Source: Escherichia phage vB_EcoM_ACG-C40
Length of the DNA: 64,000 bases
Sequence record: NC_019399.1
Reading direction: 5' to 3' (one strand)
Under the pieces are notes generated by a model. It saw only the letters and a program-made list of their open reading frames with translations. It was not told where the DNA came from and searched no databases. The position numbers were made by a program, and so were the translations under genes. Positions 41,452 to 50,282 of the stretch are shown here, piece after piece (positions within the stretch are counted from its first letter, which is position 1; each line of letters begins with the position of its first letter).

Positions 41452-41760
41452 TTAGTCTTCTATGATATCCCTATCATATCCAAGTGAAATGAGAGTTTCT
41501 TTGAAGTGTTTAATGTTCTTTTGTCTAGAATCATTAATGAAAATGACTGGATAACGAATGTTAAGAGATGTGAATCCAGCGCGTTTAGCAAGAGATACAA
41601 TCAGTGGACGATCATACTCAATCTTACCATTATTTGTAAGAACCTTATAGAAAGTAAAAGGAGCATTGAGCTCCTTTAGAAGTTTTGTAACTGATTGACA
41701 TCCAGGACAACGACCAACTTCATCTGGAATTCCATAGACTTCAATCTTATTTTGTTTCAC
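41452..41760 (-). CDS. nrdH: glutaredoxin-like protein NrdH (102 aa)
   Basis: CPGC redox motif; GTG start after AAGGA. Confidence 0.8.
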   Translation of the reverse strand: MKQNKIEVYGIPDEVGRCPGCQSVTKLLKELNAPFTFYKVLTNNGKIEYDRPLIVSLAKRAGFTSLNIRYPVIFINDSRQKNIKHFKETLISLGYDRDIIED

Positions 41761-41762
41761 AA

Positions 41763-41975
41763 CTATTCCTTACTAAGAGCAGCATTCAGTTTGTTAGTAA
41801 TTTTATCCAGACGCTCATTGAACTCACTAGAAGATAAGCCCTTTTCTGGAGAAATTAAACTAATCACGAAAAATATAGCAATAAAAGGAATAAGGAAAAT
41901 AGCTCCAACTGCCATAAACAGAAAGAATGTTACAGTTGTAAGAAAATCAGCTAAACCTTTACGAAATTTATACAT
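41763..41975 (-). CDS. small membrane protein (70 aa)
   Basis: ATG start; central hydrophobic helix. Confidence 0.5.
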   Translation of the reverse strand: MYKFRKGLADFLTTVTFFLFMAVGAIFLIPFIAIFFVISLISPEKGLSSSEFNERLDKITNKLNAALSKE

Positions 41976-42090
41976 ATTTTACCCTTAATTGATTAACCAA
42001 GCATTGATAAGCACTAAACTATACTGCGAATAAAATTCTGGACCAAAATGAAAAATCATATCATTTATAGTATCCATAATGTAATTCAAT

Positions 42091-42561
42091 TTAATCATGT
42101 TTCCACACCCCATCGGTATTTGACCAAAGCCGCTGATTATCTGATCCTCGCCACAGCTTTTTGGTCGGAAGATTTTTCTCATACTTCCCATCAATAATAA
42201 CATCAACATATTTAAGCATTTCTAGTTGTTTAATATCTTCAAACTTATATCCTGTCCACAACCAAATGCTTTTATTGGGATAAAGATTTTTTACTGTTTG
42301 AACAATGCAATGAATAACATCTCGGTTATCAGGATAGAGAGGGTCTCCTCCAGTTATAGTTAATCCTTCTATATAATCATTATTCAAACATTCAATCAAT
42401 TGTTCTAGTGTTTCACCAGTGAATGGAATACCATTTCTAGCATTCCATGTTGATTTATTATAACACCCTTCACATTTATGCAAACAACCTGTAACGAAAA
42501 GAACTGTCCTGCATCCAGGACCATTAACAAAGCAGCACGGGTATATTCTGTCATAATTCAT
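42091..42561 (-). CDS. nrdG: anaerobic ribonucleotide reductase activase NrdG (156 aa)
   Basis: Radical-SAM cysteine motif CxxxCxxC; ATG 42561 (track start 42582 is TTG). Confidence 0.88.
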   Translation of the reverse strand: MNYDRIYPCCFVNGPGCRTVLFVTGCLHKCEGCYNKSTWNARNGIPFTGETLEQLIECLNNDYIEGLTITGGDPLYPDNRDVIHCIVQTVKNLYPNKSIWLWTGYKFEDIKQLEMLKYVDVIIDGKYEKNLPTKKLWRGSDNQRLWSNTDGVWKHD

Positions 42562-43388
42562 AATAATATCCAATTTTTCCAAGCTTCATCAGTAGAATTA
42601 CAGCGTTTTAGTATAAGATGTCTAGAAACTTTTATGGCATTTGAGCACTTTTTAATTGAATCATATTTAATACCGTCAACTGAAACGGTTTTGCTAGTTG
42701 GAGAAATTTTTCCATACATTGGATTTTTTGAACCAACTTGAAGTCCTTTTAAAGCTTTTGAAAGCTTTTGTCTAGATTCCAATGACATGGGAGAATTCTT
42801 TTTACCTTCAATAATTCGCTTGCGATGAAGTTCGCGTTCTTCTTCACTCAAAGAATTGTAATATTTTTTAACACCGTTTGATATAGATAATTTATCTTTC
42901 TCAGACCGCTCTCCAGCTAATTTACTTCTAACATCTTTTCGCTTCATAGCTATGCTTACGGCTTTATTTAAATTTGCTTGATGCTCTGGCGTACGTTTAT
43001 ATTTCTTTAAAGCACGTGAAATAGCTATTTTAGTTTCTTCTGTTCTCTTTTTACCTTTATTTGCTAAACTATTTTTGCGGCGATGTTCAAGTGTCTGTTC
43101 ATAGGCAGTTCCACCTTTTCCACCAGGTTTAATATTATATGTATTTTCTTTTAGACAATACTCTTCGGTTACAAGTTCAGCTTCTTTATCATACATCTGT
43201 TTTTCATTATCAAAAACATGTAAAATTTCTTTATTAAAATTTTTTCTACCATATTTTAATAAAGCGGCACGAATCAATGTTCCTGACCCCATATAACCGT
43301 CATTTATGTTATCGGTGCTATGCGCACCGATATATTCCTTTGAATTAATTATATTTGTTATTTTATAAATTATATAATACCTATGCAT
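42558..43388 (-). CDS. GIY-YIG homing endonuclease (276 aa) between nrdG and nrdD
   Basis: YIIYKITNIINSKEYIGAHS GIY-YIG motif plus NUMOD-like repeats; ATGA overlap with nrdG. Confidence 0.75.
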   Translation of the reverse strand: MHRYYIIYKITNIINSKEYIGAHSTDNINDGYMGSGTLIRAALLKYGRKNFNKEILHVFDNEKQMYDKEAELVTEEYCLKENTYNIKPGGKGGTAYEQTLEHRRKNSLANKGKKRTEETKIAISRALKKYKRTPEHQANLNKAVSIAMKRKDVRSKLAGERSEKDKLSISNGVKKYYNSLSEEERELHRKRIIEGKKNSPMSLESRQKLSKALKGLQVGSKNPMYGKISPTSKTVSVDGIKYDSIKKCSNAIKVSRHLILKRCNSTDEAWKNWILL

Positions 43389-45198
43389 GTTTTACTCGTT
43401 TTACCATTTCTTTCATTTTACCTAAATTCCATGGAACAACGCTAGGAGTTCCAAGATATCCGCATGTTCTTCTTATTGTATTCATCTTTTTAGGATCAGT
43501 TTCTCCACAAATAGAACAAATAAATCCGTTTTCAGTAGGAGTCATTTCATGGGTGCTTCCGCATGTAAAACATTTATCTACTGGCATATTAACACCAAAA
43601 TAATCTAAATGTTGTGCAGCATAATCCCATACGGCCTCAAGACCCTTTAAGTTATTTTTCATATCAGGAAGTTCAACATAAGAAATGTGACCACCTGTCG
43701 CAATGAAATGATATGGTGCTTCTCGAGAAATCTTTTCAAACGGAGTAATATTTTCTTCTACTGAAACATGGAAACTGTTAGTGTACCAGCCTTTATCAGT
43801 AACATCTTTTACACTTCCATATTTTTCAGTATCAAGTTTACAGAAGCGATAACAAAGGTTTTCAGCGGGAGTAGAATACAAGCTAAAAGCAAAACCGGTT
43901 CTTTCAGTCCACTGTTTAAGACGAGCATTCATTTTAGTTAAAATTTCCTGTCCAATATCACGACCGACAAGAATATTCAATTCGTGAATACCAATGTATC
44001 CTAGGGACACTGAACTTCTACCGTTTTTAAATAACTCAATTATATCGTCATCAGGTTTAAGACGAACCCCGAATGCACCTTCTTGGTAAAGAATAGGAGC
44101 AACAGTAGCTTTAACTCCTTTTAAGGAACTAATTCTACACATCAAAGCTTCAAAACACAAATCCATACGTTCATTGAATAATTCAACAAATTTCTGTTCG
44201 TTAAATTGTGTTCCAATATAAGAATCTAATGCAATACGAGGAAGATTCAGTGTTACAACACCAAGATTATTACGTCCATCAAGAATTTCATTACCAGTCG
44301 AATCTTTCCATACGCTCAAGAAACTACGGCAACCCATTGGAGAAACAGGAACAGATGAACCAGTGATAGCTTTATTGTTCTTAGCTGAAATAATATCAGG
44401 ATACATCCTTTTGCTTGCACACTCTAGAGCAAGCTGCTTAATATCATAGTTCGGATCGTCTTTGTAAAGATTAACACCTTCTTCAACGAACATAACAAGC
44501 TTAGGGAAAATAGGAGTTATCCCATCACGACCGAGACCTTTAATACGATTTTTCAGAATTGCTTTCTGAATCATTCGTTCAGTCCAGTCAGTTCCTGTAC
44601 CAAATGTAATTGTTACAAAAGGCGTTTGTCCGTTTGAACTAAAGAGAGTATTTACTTCATATTCATAAGCTTGGAATGCATCGTATACATCTTTTTCTGT
44701 TTTAGATTGAGCATAATTCAACGCATCAGCGATTTGCCATTTTTCTGCATCCTCAATATGTTTTGCATAGGTGCGTTTAACATAAGGAGAAAGTACTTTA
44801 TCTACATTCGCAAAAGTCGTTCCGCCGTATTGGTGGGAAGCAACTTGCGCAGTAATTTGTGCCATAATTGCAGTAGCAACACCGATTGATTTAGGAGTTT
44901 CAATCTGTGCATTACCGAGCTTAAATCCGTTCTCAAGCATTCCTTTTAAATCTACTAAACAACAATTAGTAAATGGAAGAGCAGGGGAATAATCAATATC
45001 GTGGAAATGGATAATTCCGCTTTCATGCGCTTTCATAATAAAAGACGGGACCATATTTTTGGCAATGTGTTTAGACACAATACCAGCCATAAGGTCCCGT
45101 TGAGTTGGAAAAACACGAGAATCTTTATTAGCATTCTCGTTTAAAAGGTCTTTATTAGTTTTATGAATCAATCCTTCAATTTCTTTTTCAATTGTCAT
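43381..45198 (-). CDS. nrdD: anaerobic ribonucleoside-triphosphate reductase NrdD (605 aa, uninterrupted)
   Basis: Glycyl-radical C-terminus RRTCGYLG; single ORF, no intron. Confidence 0.93.
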   Translation of the reverse strand: MTIEKEIEGLIHKTNKDLLNENANKDSRVFPTQRDLMAGIVSKHIAKNMVPSFIMKAHESGIIHFHDIDYSPALPFTNCCLVDLKGMLENGFKLGNAQIETPKSIGVATAIMAQITAQVASHQYGGTTFANVDKVLSPYVKRTYAKHIEDAEKWQIADALNYAQSKTEKDVYDAFQAYEYEVNTLFSSNGQTPFVTITFGTGTDWTERMIQKAILKNRIKGLGRDGITPIFPKLVMFVEEGVNLYKDDPNYDIKQLALECASKRMYPDIISAKNNKAITGSSVPVSPMGCRSFLSVWKDSTGNEILDGRNNLGVVTLNLPRIALDSYIGTQFNEQKFVELFNERMDLCFEALMCRISSLKGVKATVAPILYQEGAFGVRLKPDDDIIELFKNGRSSVSLGYIGIHELNILVGRDIGQEILTKMNARLKQWTERTGFAFSLYSTPAENLCYRFCKLDTEKYGSVKDVTDKGWYTNSFHVSVEENITPFEKISREAPYHFIATGGHISYVELPDMKNNLKGLEAVWDYAAQHLDYFGVNMPVDKCFTCGSTHEMTPTENGFICSICGETDPKKMNTIRRTCGYLGTPSVVPWNLGKMKEMVKRVKHA

Positions 45199-45668
45199 TT
45201 TAAACTCTTTCTAAGCTGCTTCTTAAATGAAGCTATTAATTGTGTTTTGGTGTCAGATTCATTATATTCAAATCCTCTTTGAAGCATCTCGGCCATCATT
45301 TCCTCTTTTCCTAAACGAGAAAATTCCTTTGATTTATCTCCAACGAAGTTAGGGTGAATATTATTTTGGGTGTAATCGGATTTTAAATAAGTAAGTAAAT
45401 TTTCTAACCATTCAAGATAATCAACACCTTGTCCCTTTAAGCCAGAACGATTAAATTTGTGCTTCATTTGACCTTCTGCGGCATTGCATAGATTACAAAG
45501 CAATCCACGTACCTTTCCTGCTTTTGGTCCATTTAATTCATGGTCATGATCGAGGTGATTAGCTTGAACATCAGGATTTAGTTCTCGTTGGCAAATTAAG
45601 CATTTACCATTTTGTGCATCATAAAATTTCTGTTTTTCTTCTTTATATAATTTGCCAGTCAATAACAT
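45195..45668 (-). CDS. 49: endonuclease VII gp49 (157 aa)
   Basis: Zinc and HNH-like motifs CLICQ...HLDHDHE...CNLCN; length matches T4. Confidence 0.9.
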   Translation of the reverse strand: MLLTGKLYKEEKQKFYDAQNGKCLICQRELNPDVQANHLDHDHELNGPKAGKVRGLLCNLCNAAEGQMKHKFNRSGLKGQGVDYLEWLENLLTYLKSDYTQNNIHPNFVGDKSKEFSRLGKEEMMAEMLQRGFEYNESDTKTQLIASFKKQLRKSLK

Positions 45669-45673
45669 AATAA

Positions 45674-45698
45674 ACCCTTACCTTAAATAGATAAGGGT
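45674..45698 (-). terminator. hairpin upstream of gene 49 (terminator or translation-control structure)
   Basis: 7-bp stem ACCCTTA/TAAGGGT with 11-nt loop, then U-rich tract. Confidence 0.35.
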
Positions 45699-45705
45699 AT
45701 TTATT
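45698..45705 (-). promoter_or_regulatory. possible late promoter upstream of gene 49
   Basis: AATAAATA, one mismatch to TATAAATA, next to a hairpin. Confidence 0.3.
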
Positions 45706-45709
45706 ATTT

Positions 45710-46195
45710 TCAAGTATTGTAAAACATTTGATTCAATCGCTTATATTGCCGAATCTTTTGGTCAGAAAAAGAAATTTGAGTTTCAAGCCATTCAATGTAC
45801 TCTGCGGCAGCTTGCATCAGGTTACCTTCATAGCCATCGTTATTTTCTTGTGCAGCTAATTTAGCTAATGCGTATGAAATACGTTCACCTTGAAAATCGG
45901 CTTTAGGTATTTGAACATCTTGACTAGTTCGCTCTACAACTTCTTCAATTTCGCCATTTTCGACTGATTCAGTATTCCACAAACACCAATACGTAATTGG
46001 CTTATCGTAGATGTTAATAATCTTTCCGTCGGAAAGTTCAATTTCAATAATTCCAGTATCAGGTTCTATATCATCTTCACATTCTTTTGCAAGTTCACGA
46101 ACTTTAAAGACAGTACCTGCACTAAGTTCCGGCCAGTAATTACACAGCCCTATATCAGCACGATTAATTCTAAACCACTTATCTACTGTAATCAT
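45710..46195 (-). CDS. pin: Pin-like protease inhibitor (161 aa)
   Basis: Position upstream of gene 49 and size; ATG 46195 after GGAG (track start is TTG). Confidence 0.5.
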   Translation of the reverse strand: MITVDKWFRINRADIGLCNYWPELSAGTVFKVRELAKECEDDIEPDTGIIEIELSDGKIINIYDKPITYWCLWNTESVENGEIEEVVERTSQDVQIPKADFQGERISYALAKLAAQENNDGYEGNLMQAAAEYIEWLETQISFSDQKIRQYKRLNQMFYNT

Positions 46196-46235
46196 GTCCC
46201 ATCTCCATATCAATTAAGTCATTTATTGTAGGTTC

Positions 46236-46265
46236 ATTATATACTGTTTCTTCATCAGTGTAAAC
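46236..46265 (-). promoter_or_regulatory. T4-type early promoter upstream of pin-like gene
   Basis: GTTTAC, 18 bp, TATAAT. Confidence 0.55.
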
Positions 46266-46285
46266 CGGTTCTTTCGGCTCTGGCT

Positions 46286-46489
46286 CTACAGTTTCCCATC
46301 TAACCGCCCACCAGGGTTTAACCCCCGAAGCTTATTAAGTTCTTCATAATCAATCCAGGATTCTAGTCCTGATGGCAAATCAGATTCAATTTCCCAAAGA
46401 AGTTCTTCAATTTTATGAAGACGATCTAATTCTTCAGCTGGAATAGTAACCATTGATGGAGTTCTTGATACACTAATATCGTAAATCAT
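46286..46489 (-). CDS. hypothetical protein (67 aa)
   Basis: Track start 46528 is GTG; ATG 46489 after GGAG. Confidence 0.45.
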   Translation of the reverse strand: MIYDISVSRTPSMVTIPAEELDRLHKIEELLWEIESDLPSGLESWIDYEELNKLRGLNPGGRLDGKL

Positions 46490-46491
46490 AT

Positions 46492-46707
46492 TTACTCCAG
46501 TTTGACCATACAATCGCCGTATTTCCACTTAGAAATAGACTTTTCGCCATTAGAATAATAAACTTCAAGTTTAGCACGGTTATTTTTAATTTGAATAACC
46601 TTGGCTGTCATCAAAGTTCCATACCCATAGTAAACTGCAACTTCATCACCTACATATACCGCGCTTCCGCGGTAGTCATGGATATAATCAGTTCCTTCGA
46701 GCATCAT
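46492..46707 (-). CDS. hypothetical protein (71 aa)
   Basis: ATGA overlap with nrdC. Confidence 0.5.
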   Translation of the reverse strand: MMLEGTDYIHDYRGSAVYVGDEVAVYYGYGTLMTAKVIQIKNNRAKLEVYYSNGEKSISKWKYGDCMVKLE

Positions 46708-46967
46708 TTGAAGTATTCCCGCAATTGGTCAAATCCACCAATATGACTTCTATCAGGAGCAAATACCTGAGGCATTGTCAAGCCGATTTGAGTATCACGA
46801 CCTAGTTTAGTCAGAAGCTCAGCAATTTTCTCATCATCAAAAACACCTTTTTCCGGCATAATGTTGATAAATTCAAATGGCTGTTTCTTCACGGTCAAAA
46901 GACGTTTTGCATTATCGCAATACACGCATTTATGGATGTTGCTATCATAACCATATACTTTAAACAT
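46704..46967 (-). CDS. nrdC: thioredoxin/glutaredoxin NrdC (87 aa)
   Basis: CVYC redox motif; size matches T4 NrdC. Confidence 0.8.
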   Translation of the reverse strand: MFKVYGYDSNIHKCVYCDNAKRLLTVKKQPFEFINIMPEKGVFDDEKIAELLTKLGRDTQIGLTMPQVFAPDRSHIGGFDQLREYFK

Positions 46968-46968
46968 A

Positions 46969-47211
46969 TTATTCCTTAATTCCTAGTACTTGTTTAAAAG
47001 TCTCGTCGTAATCAAGACTTTGGCCCGTTTGTTCTTTATGTTTGTATATAATATCACTTACTTCTGATAGCATATTTTTATATGAACGAGTTAAAGCAGA
47101 TTTAAGCACGCTGTATCTATCAGGAAATTTACCATGTTCATTATAATAAGCTATTGCTAATTCACGGACTGCCTTTTCAGCAGTCTCCATATATTCTTTA
47201 CGCTTTGTCAT
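46969..47211 (-). CDS. hypothetical protein (80 aa)
   Basis: Track start 47226 is TTG; ATG 47211 used. Confidence 0.45.
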
Positions 47212-47512
47212 TTTCTTCTCGGTCAAATCGGTGTTTACAATGGCGACATTTATAACGAAGAATACTAGTCTGCCAATGAATCAATTGAACCTGTTCAGTT
47301 CCACATTCAGGGCAATTAGGAACGTTTTTAGAAGCCCTTTCACGACGTTCAACCATGACCATTACAGAATCCCAATTAACAGGAGGGCTATAATCATCAC
47401 AACCATAAATCTTTCCACGCATTTCCAAATTGTCTTCTTCACCAGCCATAATAATTTTAATTAGACTAGAATTACTTGAAGCTGCAATGTCTTCTAATAA
47501 ACGCTTTTTCAT
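47198..47512 (-). CDS. zinc-ribbon protein (104 aa)
   Basis: CPECG...CRHCKH motif. Confidence 0.5.
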
Positions 47513-47739
47513 TTCAATACCTCAATAGCATTACGTAAACCATTTGCTTTTGCATTAAGAGCTTTTAACAATTTGGTGTGTTCTGCAATTTGGGCTTCAA
47601 CTTCAATCAAACGGGCATTGAGATATTCACGTTCTTCACTCAGATTATCAACCTTTTCTACTTTAGGCTCTTTTACAACTGTCTTATATGTATTAGGGTT
47701 CTTCAGTTTAATTAGAATGCGTGAGCTGTTCGCGAGCAG
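47509..47739 (-). pseudogene. start-less 76-codon ORF, probable frameshifted continuation of 47708..47923
   Basis: Open frame LLANSSRILIKLKNPNTYKTVVKEPKVEK... with no in-frame ATG/GTG/TTG; TGA overlaps next ATG. Confidence 0.35.
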
Positions 47740-47923
47740 TCATTTGCGTAATATATCCAGCTTTATCAAAATGTCGCAGCCATTCACTGCTATTCATATA
47801 CTTAAAGTGAATGGAACTATTAACTCTATCAGGGTCTAAATTATTTTCGCACAAAAATGTCATAGCATCACGAGTATAGCTGGCATTACGAACCATATCT
47901 TCAATTTGAGAACGAGTTTTCAT
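47708..47923 (-). CDS. hypothetical protein (71 aa), possibly N-terminal part of a frameshifted gene
   Basis: ATG start; followed in +1 frame by the start-less ORF. Confidence 0.45.
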   Translation of the reverse strand: MKTRSQIEDMVRNASYTRDAMTFLCENNLDPDRVNSSIHFKYMNSSEWLRHFDKAGYITQMTAREQLTHSN

Positions 47924-47931
47924 GGTGTTCC

Positions 47932-48819
47932 TTAAGATTTAAGTAAATCAACAATTTTAATTAACTTTTCACGCTCAGATTTAGCTTTACTACTCAATCC
48001 AGATAGTCTAAAAATTTCATCATCATATTGTTGAATAGAAATATTCAGCTCTTCAATCTGTTTATTAAAATAATCAATTTGTTCAGAATGTTTTTCGTTA
48101 CTACGAACTGGTACAGGTTTTGTAGGCAATGTAGTTGAACTGGATTCATTCGGGCGATAAATTAAAATACAACTTGAACCAATAGGGCATTTTGCACCAG
48201 ATGAATATTCTAATGTTCCAGCTTCTTTTAAAACTTCAAAAGCTAAACAGAGATGATGCCCCATATTAACATAATCTGTAGAGTGAGCTCTGATGTAATA
48301 ATCATCGCCACGAATACTAAATTTAAAGCATTTAAGGTCTTCTGTATTATTGGTCTTAAAAATCATTTGTTTATCTAGACCTTTAGCTAATCGAGCACCT
48401 AATGCTAATAATCGTCGTTGATTTTCCCACAAATCTGCGATCATTTGGTCAAATGATAATTTCGGCATTAGTCGACCATAAAGGTCATATCCTTTATTAT
48501 AATTGCGAAGGATTTCACTCGCATTAATACGAGACAACGCTCCAATTTTATTAAGGGCTTTCATGATGCGATTAGATAAAAGCATTCCAGACCCGTTTGT
48601 TCGTTGTAAATGTTTTTCTAATCCAAATCCAATATCAACTTTAAACTTATCTAAAATTTCGGCGTGAACATCTCTGTCAATAACATTCAAATCCAAAGTT
48701 GGGTTAAATCTATGAAAAAATTTATCTGGCTCTCCACGACGAAGTACAGTCCATTCATTTAATTTTTTATTAACTAAAGATTTAATTACTGCATTGACAT
48801 TATTAATTACTACTGACAT
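47932..48819 (-). CDS. hypothetical protein (295 aa)
   Basis: ATG 48819 (track start 48834 is TTG). Confidence 0.5.
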   Translation of the reverse strand: MSVVINNVNAVIKSLVNKKLNEWTVLRRGEPDKFFHRFNPTLDLNVIDRDVHAEILDKFKVDIGFGLEKHLQRTNGSGMLLSNRIMKALNKIGALSRINASEILRNYNKGYDLYGRLMPKLSFDQMIADLWENQRRLLALGARLAKGLDKQMIFKTNNTEDLKCFKFSIRGDDYYIRAHSTDYVNMGHHLCLAFEVLKEAGTLEYSSGAKCPIGSSCILIYRPNESSSTTLPTKPVPVRSNEKHSEQIDYFNKQIEELNISIQQYDDEIFRLSGLSSKAKSEREKLIKIVDLLKS

Positions 48820-48830
48820 ATTTTTCTCAC

Positions 48831-49235
48831 TCAATTTTCAATTTTACTAAATACACAGAATATGATGGAAAAGACTATATAAGCACCGCATACAGATTGA
48901 ACTAATACCATTCCAAAGAACCAAACAATATTATCAAACAATGTCTGTTTTACGTCGAAAGGACGTAAACTTACAGTAATATTATCGCCTTTTTCTATTG
49001 ATGAATACATCTCTGGTGAAATATATTCACTAAATCTATAACCGTCTTTGAGTTCATATACAGCAATAAATGATAAACTAGACCCCTTTCCTTGAGTTCC
49101 TGTAAGGGTATTAACTACAGTAACATCATAATCTTTATAATGCATATAATCATTAATTGCGTAATAACCATATGCAACTACTACACATAAACAACATATC
49201 AATAAATTCAATCTTTTAATTATCAACTGTTTCAT
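48831..49235 (-). CDS. membrane protein (134 aa)
   Basis: Two hydrophobic helices; middle-type promoter upstream. Confidence 0.5.
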   Translation of the reverse strand: MKQLIIKRLNLLICCLCVVVAYGYYAINDYMHYKDYDVTVVNTLTGTQGKGSSLSFIAVYELKDGYRFSEYISPEMYSSIEKGDNITVSLRPFDVKQTLFDNIVWFFGMVLVQSVCGAYIVFSIIFCVFSKIEN

Positions 49236-49264
49236 AATAATCTCAGTTAAAAGGGCTTAGAACC

Positions 49265-49288
49265 ATTATACCATCCTTGGTATAAAGC
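49265..49288 (-). promoter_or_regulatory. possible middle promoter (degenerate MotA box)
   Basis: CGCTTTA box, 11-bp spacer, TGGTATAAT extended -10. Confidence 0.35.
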
Positions 49289-49290
49289 GG

Positions 49291-49818
49291 TTATGCGAGT
49301 ACCGTCTTTAACCGTTCTTCAAACTTCCGAAGAGTATTTTGGCGTTCAGCTCTTTGCTTTTTGTAAGTTTCAATACGCTCTGAAATGAGAGCGTATCGTT
49401 CATTTACTGATTCTTTCATAAAATCAGGAATTTCACGAGAAGCTTTAATCTCGTCAAATTTATCAATAACAGCTTGCTCTTCAGCAATTAAGTTATCATA
49501 CATCAAAATATCTTTCTTGATGAACTCAATATCTTCTTGAGTTACACGAGATAATTTAGATGCTTTATCCTTTTTGTACTGTTCGTTAGTATCACGAGAC
49601 CAGTGTAATGTACGATTTTTATTCGTATTCTTGTAAATTTCTACAATACCAATCTCATCGATAATAACGATCCAATTCCAACGGGATTTGTAAATTTGTC
49701 CTCCATCAACAGTGATTTCACCTCCGATTGAGATGTCATTAAAGAACTTGCTTTGTGCTTCAGATTTAAATTTACCATCGTTGTAATTTACCAAGTTGAA
49801 AATATCTTTAGCGTTCAT
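49291..49818 (-). CDS. hypothetical protein (175 aa)
   Basis: ATG start; early promoter upstream. Confidence 0.5.
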   Translation of the reverse strand: MNAKDIFNLVNYNDGKFKSEAQSKFFNDISIGGEITVDGGQIYKSRWNWIVIIDEIGIVEIYKNTNKNRTLHWSRDTNEQYKKDKASKLSRVTQEDIEFIKKDILMYDNLIAEEQAVIDKFDEIKASREIPDFMKESVNERYALISERIETYKKQRAERQNTLRKFEERLKTVLA

Positions 49819-49845
49819 TTTTGTTCCTCCGTAGTTGATAGTTGT

Positions 49846-49875
49846 ATAGTACCACAGAGGAACGGTCTTGTAAAC
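49846..49875 (-). promoter_or_regulatory. T4-type early promoter
   Basis: GTTTAC, 18 bp, TGGTACTAT. Confidence 0.65.
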
Positions 49876-49877
49876 AA

Positions 49878-50192
49878 CTAAAAGAAACTTCTTTCACAAT
49901 TTTTTCCACTGAACCAAGCGCTCACTGCTTTCTTAGTCTCAGGAGCAGTGTTATCCATAAACCATTCAAAGGCAGCCTTTTTATGATTCTGGAGGGCTTC
50001 TCGGGCTTTAATCTGCTCACGGTCTATTAACACTAACATATGAGCCTTTCTTGTCACCATGGGCTTCTTATGATTTTTTGAATATTCCCAATCATTTGTC
50101 CATCGCATCGTTGTTGCGAATTGAAGTACAGCTTCTTTAATCTTAGTTTCGTAAATTTCACGAGCCTTTGAGTATAACATCATTACCTCCAT
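49878..50192 (-). CDS. hypothetical protein (104 aa)
   Basis: ATG start. Confidence 0.5.
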   Translation of the reverse strand: MEVMMLYSKAREIYETKIKEAVLQFATTMRWTNDWEYSKNHKKPMVTRKAHMLVLIDREQIKAREALQNHKKAAFEWFMDNTAPETKKAVSAWFSGKNCERSFF

Positions 50193-50282
50193 TTACCAGT
50201 TTAATTCTAGTCATCTTTTTGATGGCAGTCCATATAATCTATTTCTGAACTGCCTTTTTGTCTTAGAAGTCCTCTTATGAAT

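Noticed and set aside
41985-42209. 74-aa ORF overlapping nrdG by 119 nt
   Set aside because: Only a 37-codon non-overlapping version from ATG 42098 is possible and it has no ribosome-binding site.
46316-46335. CCCCCGAAGC motif resembling the terminator loops
   Set aside because: Lies inside a coding ORF and lacks a complementary stem.
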